Source: the human T2T-CHM13v2.0 reference genome, Homo sapiens
DNA length: 64,000 nucleotides
Assembly: GCF_009914755.1 (NCBI RefSeq)
Contig: NC_060934.1
Direction: 5' to 3' (one strand)
The notes beneath the pieces were generated by a model, which did no database searches, had not been told where the DNA came from, and saw only the letters and a list, made by a program, of their open reading frames with translations. A program made the position numbers and the translations under genes. Below, one piece after another: positions 53,350 to 64,000 of the stretch. Within the stretch, counting starts at the first letter, position 1, and each line of letters starts with the position of its first letter.

Positions 53350-55100
53350 TCTTGTAGTCAGAACCAACCTCTACTAAACCTGGTGAGGCAGATTCTCACA
53401 CACACAACCTGGTATCCAAGAATCAAAAACGCAAACACATTAAAGAGAGGTAACAAATGGGCAACCAAGGAAGCTATGTTTTTACTGCAAACTAAATATT
53501 TCAAAATAAATTTAGCTAATATTCTTCTGAGATTTGTGTAAAATATGGGAATTTAAACATGTTTTCAAAACAACTCAGTTGAGTTGAATTGCTGAAAAGG
53601 AACAGCAATAAAACCAATAAATTAATGAACTAGAATATCAAATAAAACATTTTCCCATCATGTAGCATATTTTCTATAAATTAAACATAAAGTATAAAAG
53701 AAAGCTAAAGAGATACATAGAATGTATCCAGAAATTCCAATGAACCCTTCAGAAACAGAATATTTTGAAAAACAACACTTATACAGTTAAAAACATAAGA
53801 GAGGCTGGAAATAAGACTTTGAAAAAAGTTAAATCTATAGAAGATTATGCAAATATTTTAAAAGGACCAAACGAAGCTTTCAGGAATTTTACAAAAGTAA
53901 AATATAAACCCTCAATGGCTGGATGAAATAGCAGATAAATACATAGACCAAAAGAGTTAGTAAACTGAAGGTTATAACCCAAAAGAGTAAGCCTATAAAA
54001 GTCAAAGAAAACAAAGAGATAGAAATACAATCAAAAGAGGTTAAAGAACAGAAAAGTCAGGATGAAAAAAAAGAAAAGAATATCAGAGTTCCAGATGGAA
54101 ATTTAAAAGAGAATGGGGACAAAACAATATTTAAAAAATAGCAGCTAATAATTTACCTAGAATTGTTGATGTTTACCAATCTTCAAATCCTAAAATCTCA
54201 ACAAAACCCCAGAAGGGTTTTGTTTTTTTGTTTTTCTTTTGGGGGGTGGGGGTTTGTTTGTTTGTTTGTTTTCAGATGGGGGGATCTTGCTATCTTATCC
54301 AGGCTAGTCTTGAACTCCTGGGCTCAAGTGATCCTCCCGCCTCAGCCTCCCAAAATGCTGAGATTACAGGCACACCCATCCCCCAAGCAGGGTCTAAAGA
54401 AAAAAAAAAAAGAAAGAAAGAAGAAGAAGAAAAATGAAAAGAAGGCAATCCAAATACTTAACACCTAACCACATCAGTGAAGCTGCAGGGCACTGATGAA
54501 GAAAGGTTAAACAGCCACAGAGATAGAACACATCAACTACAATGAAGCAACATCAGACTAGCAAGGGACTACAAAGCAGCAACAGAGGATAGAAGACAGT
54601 GGAATAGTATCTTCCATGGAGGAAGAGAAAATAACTGTGAAACTTTATTTCTACATCCTCCAAAAGTATCTTTCAATTATGAAGGTGAAATAGGTAATTT
54701 CAAACAAAGACCGAAAGATATTTGCTACTAGCAAAACTTCAACTTCTGCAAAGGGATCATAAAAAAAATTTCAGGCACAAAGAAAATTATTTCAAATGGA
54801 AAGTCTAAGATGCAAAAAGAAAAATCAACAAAGGTGTTAGAAAATTTGTAGAGAAATCAAAATGCACATTGACTCTGTCAAACAATAAAAATTTAGAAAA
54901 AGAGAAACAGGAGAGATCTAAAATACTGGACCACAATAGCATATGAATTGAAGAGAATTGATTGTAGACAAAGCTTTCTAAGGCCTTTTTGTACTAGTTG
55001 GGAGTGAAGTAAGGATACTGTTGATAAAACTTAGACTTTGTTAAAAATTGTACAAAATTATAGTCTCTAACTTCCAAATACATAAAAAGAAATGAAACAA
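53350..55100 (+). mobile_element. Degraded old L1M ORF1-region fragment
   Basis: A-rich; agaagacagtggaatagtatcttc...atctttcaattatgaaggtgaaata resembles ORF1 C-terminus. Confidence 0.6.
54218..54385 (-). mobile_element. FLAM_C monomer
   Basis: ggctagtcttgaactcctgggctcaagtgatcctcccgcctcagcctccc; single monomer. Confidence 0.8.
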
Positions 55101-55412
55101 GAATATTTGTACAATCAATATGAAAGTAAAAAAAAGGTGAAACTATTACACAAACAGGGTGACTAGAATTAACAATAATGTATTTTATATTTCAAAAAAG
55201 CTTGAACAGAAGATTTTGAATGATCTCCCTACAAATTATAAGAGGTGATGAATTTCCTAGTTACATTGATTTCATCATCATACAATACATACTTGTATTG
55301 AAACATCACATTGTACCTCATAAGTGTGTGCAATCATTGTGTGTCAATTAAAAATAGAATAAAACTTAAAAAACAAAAGGAACAAGAAAAGCCAGACAAA
55401 TAATGAAAAACA

Positions 55413-55578
55413 GGCTAGGTGCAGTGGCTAATACCAGTAATCCCAGCACTTTGGGAGGCTGAGGCACGAGAATCACTCGAACACTGGAGGGAGGTTGCAG
55501 TGAGCCAGGATTGCACCACTGCACCCCCCAGCCTGAGCGTAACAGTGAGACTCCATCTCAAAAAAAAAAAAAAAAAAA
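55413..55578 (+). mobile_element. Monomeric Alu (left-arm 5' end joined to right-arm 3' end)
   Basis: taatcccagcactttgggaggctgaggcacgagaatcactcgaac...A tail. Confidence 0.85.
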
Positions 55579-55769
55579 GGAAAAGAGAATGAGAATGAAA
55601 AGATATTCAATCAGAAGAGAATTCAAGGAAGGAAGAACAAAAAAAAAAGGAAAAATCAGGAAAATAAGAAACATTTAATAAATTATAGAAGTCAAATAAA
55701 ATGAAATGGATTAAAAGTCCTAGGTAAAAGACATCCTCTGATAAGATTTAAAAATAACTAATTGATATT

Positions 55770-56400
55770 TCCAAATATACACTGTTGGATTTGAATTACC
55801 AATATTTTTTAATTTGGGGTTTTTTAATTGCATGCTCCTGAATGGTATCACTGAACTGTAATTTTCGTTTTTCAAACTCTAGCTACCTGATTTTGCTAAC
55901 AAAATTATATTAGATTTGTAAAATGTAGTTCTTTTTTTTCCACTCTAGAGAGTTTGCATATTATTGGAATAATACCTTCCTTAAATGCTTGATAGAAAAT
56001 GCCTAAAAAGTCATATGGGCCTGAAATATTTATTGAGTTGTTTCCTTTGGGGGAGGGTAATATTTAACTATTAATTAAATCTCTTTAACCTTGATACATC
56101 TGTTCAGGTTTTTTACTTCTTTTTCAATATGCTTCAGTCAATTATATTTTCTTGGAAATTACCATTTTTTTTCTATTTTCAAACGTTGTCATATGGGTTT
56201 TATAAATTTTCTCTTGTAACATTTAAAACTTCCACCCCAGCTATAATTAATCCTCCTTTACATTTCTAATATTCTTTATCTGTGCTGTCTTTTGATCTTT
56301 GATTTGTCATGTGAGAGATTTATCTACTTTATTAGTCTTTGCGGGGATCAGCTTCCTCCTTGTTGATCCTTTCTATATCTTTATTTTCAGTGTAATTAAT
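55770..56400 (-). mobile_element. Degraded L1M fragment
   Basis: T-rich; ccttaaatgcttgatagaa...atgggcctga...tgttcaggttttttacttct. Confidence 0.55.
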
Positions 56401-56531
56401 TTTAGCTTATATCGTTATAATTCTCTCTCCTCAACTTTTATTGGCTTTACCTTAATCTTTTACCAAGGCAGGGGATTCTTAGTAAGTGTAGGGGAACAGG
56501 CAGGTGGGAACTCTGCCATTCTGCTACTTAC

Positions 56532-56614
56532 TTGCTGCAGAGAAAGTTGTGTGCTTCTTCCAGAACTTGGTGATCTTGTGGTGTATGCAGAAGCAGTTGA
56601 CATCCTTTTTTTCT
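56532..56614 (-). other. Candidate 83-nt exon
   Basis: ttgttttctctaaatttgatgacag| acceptor, CAA|gtaagt donor; all three frames open. Confidence 0.35.
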
Positions 56615-58869
56615 CTGTCATCAAATTTAGAGAAAACAAAACCAAAAAATAATATAAATTTCTCTGGGATGAAAAGCTGCCAGTTTAAAACACTAGTTCA
56701 GAAAGCCAATTAGAATGTGTGTAAATTTTAAAATCCCAGTATGAGCTCATTTACAGAAATGATCAACCTCTAAGCACCTGGACTAAACTTTAATATTGCT
56801 TAAAGATGAAAAATGTTCTTTTAGTACTCATTTCAAAATTATATGTTTTATAAAGTATGCATTCAAAGAATTTCTTTGACAACTTTTTTTACTAAGATGG
56901 TATAGGGTTATATTAATTCCACAAAAGAGGTCCATAGTTATATCAATATAAAGGGAATAGTCTGTTTCCATTCGTAAAAGAAAAATAAATGTTTGGTTGG
57001 TGTGATGTTTTTGCAAAGATTCCTTGAAAGACATTTTGTTAAAACACCATACAAATTAAATTCTTAAATTAACACTGATACCCCTTCCTTAAGGGAAGCA
57101 TATTTAAAATTAAATTTGTGTGCGATTACCTCAAACATAGCCTTATTAACAGCCACCTAGATGTCTGTGGGTTTTCATGCATTAAATTTTTGTTCCAGAT
57201 TATTCACGGTTTGTTAATTGGTGTGATAGTTGATGAATATTGATGGTGCGTGTTGTGGAAATAATTTCCATATGAAAGGGGTAAGAGCATTTCCTGCCCA
57301 GGCAAAACTCCGAAAATAAAAATAAAAAAATGTTGAAAGCCTGAATTTAGACTATGAGCTAACCCTCTTATTTATCTCTTATTTATCTAATCTATCTTAA
57401 GGATTCTCTACAACCAGTCGTCCCAAATGTATGTATTCCAGTTTATAGCGGAACACTTTAATGATGTCCAAAACAAATTAGGAATTTAATTTATGCATTA
57501 GGGCCCTGTTTAAAAGTCTAATGTGGAGGTTAAATGTTTGTTTTATTTAAATGAGATGTTCCGGCTTTTGAAAAATCTACTAGATTTAACTAAACTACCA
57601 TGTTCTCAGATGTTTATTTTTCTTATTTTACAACAGATACGCAGACTCAGCCAACGTGTTTGTAGGGGGAAAACCGTCATCAACTCACAGGATCTTTGTT
57701 AGCAGGATACAATTATTATTTATCAAGTTGATTAAGCCACAGATTACTTTTTTATACTAAGTAGTTTTTAAAATGTGATGAAATTGGAATCTGTTTAATG
57801 TCTTTATTATCACAGAGTCACACACTAAATGTTCAATAAATACTTGTTTTGAATTGCTCTCTTTACTTTTCTTAAAAAAACACTTGGACACTGGTAGATG
57901 CTACTCAGATGTGATCTCATTCCATCTTCATCAACACCACTAGAAAATCATTATAAACCTAACATTCTGTGTGATGAAACTCAGACTTGAAAAATTAAGT
58001 TGTTCATTTTTTACTTCCAGGATTGTCTTATTTAGGGAGCCATGACCTTCTTGGAATTACAAGTGGAACACAGAAATTGAGATATTTTACAAGTATTTCA
58101 GCTATTTTATCTTTTGGACTTGCAAAAACAAGGAAGGAGATTATTGTATGACACAGGCTCAACATCTTCTTTCCTTGAAATTGGATCAGACTTTCTGAGG
58201 TCTCCTCTTTATTAATAGTATACTGCTTATAATCGCTTGTTAATTGTATACCCTCAATTACTCCATCATACTCATGGAAGAGGGGATTAAGAGCCAATGG
58301 AAAAAGGAATTGGAGGGAAAGGAATGTGCATTGCAGCCACGTCCCTAGATCTTGCATACATTTTGGCAGTAAGACCCCCTATTGCATAGCTGTGCTTGAT
58401 TTATGGTCAATTTGCATTGTTTATCTTTGCTTTTTTTTTTACTACAAAGATTCCCATCAGTTCACATGCCTTTTCATTTTTTAATCATATTCTAGTTCCT
58501 TCCCATTTAATGCTCTATATACTTTTTCCTTTAACCACTAAAAATTAATCAACCCCCATAAATTAGACCCAACACAGCTACTAAGTAGTTGCTCCAGGAC
58601 TCAATTTTCAAGTTTAATTCCCTTCTCAAGGCAGAGGTTCTCTGGAGATATTAGTCCTTTGGAGTCTAACCATATGCATCATTCTTGATGAAAATATAAC
58701 TTAATCTTGTTTTAAAAAATAGACTATTAGCAAGAGGACTAGTGCATTTCCACATATTCTGAAACCATATGGGTTTGCAATAATTTAGGCACCCTAGACA
58801 ATTTCTGAATTCCAGACGTATACTTTCTTGTCCCCACTGTGTGGCAGCAGGTCAGTACCTCCTAAAATC

Positions 58870-59575
<706 letters not shown>

Positions 59576-59589
59576 CTGACAAGGTAACT

Positions 59590-60090
59590 CTGTGACTACC
59601 TGACAAACCACTTCAGAACTTAGTGGCTTAACAAAACAGTCATTTTATTATCTTTCATGATTGTGTGGTTGACTGCTCCAGTGGGTAATACTTCTGTTCA
59701 GTGTAATGTCAGTTAGTACTTTGGTCACTGGGCATCTCAACAAGGCTGGAATATCTAAGATGTGTACCGCTTACAGGTGGTAGATATCTTGAAAGCTGTG
59801 GTCAGTTGTCAGGCTGGGCTTTTCTGTCCAAGTAGGATCAAATTATTCCTCGTCATCTGGCCTTTCCATGCAGTCTCTCCAGAAAGGTGGCCAGATTGCT
59901 TAGATGACAGATCAAAACAAAAAGAAAAAGGTTACCAGGTTTTCTTAGGGTTTAGATACAGAACTACTTCAGTTTGTTTAAAGTAATTACATGGCCAGCA
60001 CAGTTGTAGGAAAATGGAAAATAAACTGCCTCTAAAAGGGAGTAAAAAGAAAGAAACAAAAACAAAAAAGTGACATCTTTAATCTACCAC
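59590..60090 (-). mobile_element. Old MLT1 LTR
   Basis: acaaaccacttcagaacttagtggcttaacaaaacagtcattttattatc...tttaatctaccaca. Confidence 0.65.
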
Positions 60091-60099
60091 AGGGAGAAA

Positions 60100-61010
60100 G
60101 GGATTCAAGGTAGAATAAACAACATTTAGGAAAAAAAGACAGACATAGTGTTTATGAGGAGAGATGCAGGGAGTGGACAGAAAAGAATCGTATGAGTTGA
60201 GGTTTAGCCCAGAAAAATACATGGTTTTGCAAGCCTCACTTAGGTAGTGGGACTTTATTATAAATTATATGGAAGGAGGCCATCCAATGATTTTAGATTG
60301 TGAGATTAAATGAATAGATTTTTCACTTTTGACAGGTCATGCTGGTTAGAATAGAAAATGGTTTGGCAGGGAGCAGAAGTGAGGCGGAAAGATCATGAGT
60401 ATACTGCTGTAATACTGTGGGAGAGAGGCGGTGGTTACTTGGAATCAGGTGGGGACATGGCAACGGAGGAAATCATTCTGCTTCCAAAGATATTTAAGAG
60501 ATAGAATCAACAGAGCATTATGTTTGATTAAATGTGGGTATACCAACCTCTGGCTTAAATCACTAGGTGGACGATAATGTCAGTTATCAAGACAGAAAAC
60601 CTGCAGAAGTAGGTTTAGAGGGGAGTAATTATTACTTCTATTTTGGGTGTATTGAGTTTTAGTTCCTCTGAGATATTTAGATGAAAATGTTAAGCAGACA
60701 GTAGGCTATTTGGGTGTGGAGCCCAAAAGAGATCTCCGGGGATACAGAGTTGGTAAAATCGAGCACTGATGATAATGACACAAAAGGTTATGGATGAGGA
60801 TATCTCCCACAGGGAGAATGCAGAGTAAAAAGGAAAAAAAAAATCATTTACTATCTAACCCCTGGGAGCCTAATCATTTAGAGGTTTAGTGGGAGAGGAA
60901 CTTCATAGATGTTTAAAGAGCAAAAGCCACGGAGATCAAGGAAAGCTCCAAGGGTATGTGATGCCCTAAATATGAAGGAAGAAAGTGGTGTAAGAATATG
61001 AGTCTTAGAA
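60100..61010 (+). mobile_element. L2 LINE fragment
   Basis: ttttgggtgtattgagttttagttcctctgagatatttagatgaaaatgttaagcagacagtagg, typical purine-rich L2. Confidence 0.6.
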
Positions 61011-61117
61011 AACCCAAGAAAACCCAAAGAAAGGTTTTTGGGGAAAGGGTTAGGTTATGAGAGAAGGAGTACAGACAATTATCAGCTGAGAGTTGGATAA
61101 ATAACTGCTACTAGCAG

Positions 61118-61625
61118 TGCCAAGAACTTTAAACGTGACATTGTATCTTACATATGCACCAACAAGTTTACCTCCAACAGTTTCATGGATGCCAGCAGAA
61201 GATATGAAACTCTTAGGCAAAGTTGGACACCATGATTATCCCCACAGTTGCATCATTCCCCAAGCCCCAATTCCCACAGGTCAATGAGATAAGGGCTGGG
61301 TGACACCACCACCATAGTGAATTTCGTTAGAGCAAAGGAGTCCTGAGTTTGGATTACCCGAATTTCAGTGGACAGTAAGCATGTTTGTTCTTTGCTCTGA
61401 AGTGAGAGGCTATCTCTGTCTTCCAAGATTAGTCACTAAACAACCATCTTTGAAAGGACAGTCTGCAACAAAAAGCTCTGCTCACAAGACATTCAGACAC
61501 ACGAAAGACGGTCGAGAATTGTCTCCCAATACAAGACATTCAGAAACACGAAAGATGGTCGAGAATTGTCTCCCAATACAAGACATTCAGAAACACGAAA
61601 GATGGCTGAGAATTTTTTCCCAATA
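61118..61625 (-). mobile_element. LTR40-type ERVL solo LTR
   Basis: Reverse complement starts tattgggagacaattctc; contains ttctgctggcatccatgaaactg; ends gttcttggca. Confidence 0.75.
61484..61625. repeat. 47-bp tandem repeat x3
   Basis: acaagacattcagaaacacgaaagatggtcgagaattgtctcccaat at 61484, 61531, 61578. Confidence 0.95.
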
Positions 61626-64000
61626 AAGGAAGCCCAAGAAATGGATCACTGGCAGAGTAAAACAGGCTTACAGATCATTTCATCTTGATAGTATGCTAAA
61701 GGTTTGTGGATATTTGGGATTAATAGAATTCAGATGTCCAGAATATCTAATAGAAGTTCCCCCAATTAGAATGTTCACTCAAGTAATTTAGTTTCTGTTT
61801 GTTCACAGGGATTGTCAGCTATAGTGAATATATCAATGACTGCTTTCTGGAAATGAATACATGTTGGGTTGTATAATGTGGTGCTAGTGGTTAAGAGCAC
61901 ACATTTTGGTGGAAGACTGCCTGTAATCAATGAATGGATTTTACTGCATCTAAATTAAGGGTTTATATTTAATAAAGGTTACCAAATAGGTGATCAACTG
62001 GTTGAAAATGTTTCCAATATCTGCAGTGAAGAGGGGGTTAATATAACTTCTCATAGCAGCAGGAAAAGGTAGGCTAACCAGTAGACACACAGGAAAAGTT
62101 ATGATAATACAAGTTACAGAAGGAGAAATCTAATGGCTTAGAAATATTAAAAGAGAAGTGCTACTGAAGTAATGATCAACAACATTCAACTGAAAACAAT
62201 GAATTATCACTTTAAGCCCATTAGATTGATAAAAATTTGAAAATCAGAATATAAAAATGGTGCAGACGTGGAGAAACCAGAACCACAAGCAGTGTTGATG
62301 GGATAAAAAGGATGCAGACTCCTAGAAAGACTGGCGCTTAGGTAAATTAAATACATTTGTGTTTATGATACTGTTTAGCGCTCCATCTCCTTGAATAGGG
62401 AGCAGAACAAATCTCTCACAATTTCATAAAGAACTGTGTATGAACAAGACTATTCTTAGGGTATGTGGGACTCCAGCAAATATTTTTGGCAGAATTCTGA
62501 TCTGTGTATTCAATCCGATCAGAAAATATATTTAAAACATCAGGTGTCTAAATGAGGACAGTGGCTTATTATTGACGGTTTGGAATGATGAGTACAGAAG
62601 AAGTTCTCAGATATTCCCTTTTTGTCTAATTAGTGCATGTGAACATTCGTCATACTGTCTAGGTACCATCTCTTCTAGTTCAGATCCAATAATTATCTCT
62701 TCGTGTTCATGATTGTCAAACATGCTATTTCAGTCTATTTCACATCTTCTGCTATGAGAAAAAGGAAATGATTGATATTATTTATAATTCCATGACTCTT
62801 TGGGGTCTATTTTATTGAAATAATATAGATCTTGCCTGTGCGGTTACAAAATTTCAATTATTTAATGCTGGTTACATCATGACTCAGAACACTATGTCAT
62901 TAGTTTTGCATTCATTCCTCCAAGAATACTGGTATCCAATGGCTATATCAAAGGTTTTACTCTACTGGATTGATAATGTCCACAAATTCAAGTCTTATAT
63001 TATGCAGGACAACATGAATGATAATTAGTTCTCTTTTCATGTTAAAGTTAAGTTGTTGAACAAAAGCATGGAATGACACATCATTCCTTCTCCTGATCTT
63101 TTTGAGTCAAATCACTGTGTTCCTAGGATGTTATTTCTTTCAATGTTGACTACACCTCTGTCTTCCACACACTGCCCACGGTGGAAGGAGGCCAGGGGCC
63201 CATGGGCTGAGTGAGAAGACCAGTACCATTTTCTCAAGGCATGTCTGTCCTTCATCAGTCACTGCTTAAGACCAGACACACAGAGCAGGATGTCAACCTA
63301 TTGATTGTAGGCAAGAGGCAAGAGAAAAGGCCTGTTAGAATTCTGGATCAATACTTTATAAAGGTCTCAAATGCCCTTGGAGGAGATTGGCATTGCCAAC
63401 CATGGAGCACTACCTGATATGCAGAGCCCACGGCGGGTGGAGAGACCGTTCTGGGTGCCAGCAGTGGGGAGAGGCACCTGGGTTCACATGCCCCAGGAAG
63501 AATGAGTACAGGAGCTCTTCAGGACAACTGGTCAACCTCACAGGCAAAATGGAGAGTCAGAAAGAGCCTCAAAAGGAAGAAAGGGGAACTGGGATCCACG
63601 TAGGTTATGATCCAGTCTCAGGTCACCAACCTTGATACACTGCTGACCTGGTTGGTCCCAGGCACCATAGGAGGACTTAGGAAGTTCTGGAGTCTGGATG
63701 TCAGGACAGGAACACCTGGACCTGTATCTAAGGGCATTACTGTGTGGGAGGGCACGCACCACAGTTATGGGTTCACAGGGCTACAAGCAGTCTAAGGAAA
63801 CTTTGTAAGCAAAATGTGGTAGATGCAAACAACGAAATATAAAGTGGTCCAAATAGTAACAGATACACATTCAGTAGTAGCCTAGTGTATCAGACACCCA
63901 TTGACTATTACTCCCAGTTTTTTTTTTTTTTTTTGATCCATCCCTAGAAAAACTTTAGTCACTGCCATGGCAACCACTTTCACACACACATCAAAGAAAT

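Noticed and set aside
61484-61625. 47-bp repeats as CRISPR or coding repeat (ORF 61381-61626)
   Set aside because: Head-to-tail units with no spacers, inside an LTR; the unit length is not a multiple of 3
63387-63399. TTGGCATTGCCAA as an NFI site
   Set aside because: Spacer is 3 nt rather than the canonical 5

Overview
AT-rich, repeat-dense primate DNA, most likely human, judged from AluY/S/J, L1PA7-like and LTR12/HERV9 content. It looks like a long intron or a gene-poor interval. I recognise no intact protein-coding gene. Most ORFs in the supplied track come from Alu, L1, ERV or (TG)n sequence. Main landmarks: (1) a twin-primed L1PA6/7-like element (6.9-10.7 kb) split by an internally deleted HERV9/LTR12 provirus that keeps an intact 5' LTR, PBS and splice donor but has lost pol, env and the poly(A) signal of its 3' LTR; (2) a 0.5-kb UG/UGCAUG-rich repeat next to a CpG-rich promoter/enhancer-like element with a G4 motif (12.3-14.4 kb); (3) a nested L1 cluster (37-44 kb) holding a tandemly duplicated tailless 5S rRNA retro-fragment and several repair/duplication scars; (4) an ERVL integrase relic and an LTR40 with a triplicated terminus. 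Several unannotatable exon-like segments lie on both strands. I found no convincing new biological system. The findings are mechanistic curiosities and testable regulatory or splicing hypotheses. Repeat subfamily calls come from remembered consensus sequences, and boundaries without TSDs are approximate.
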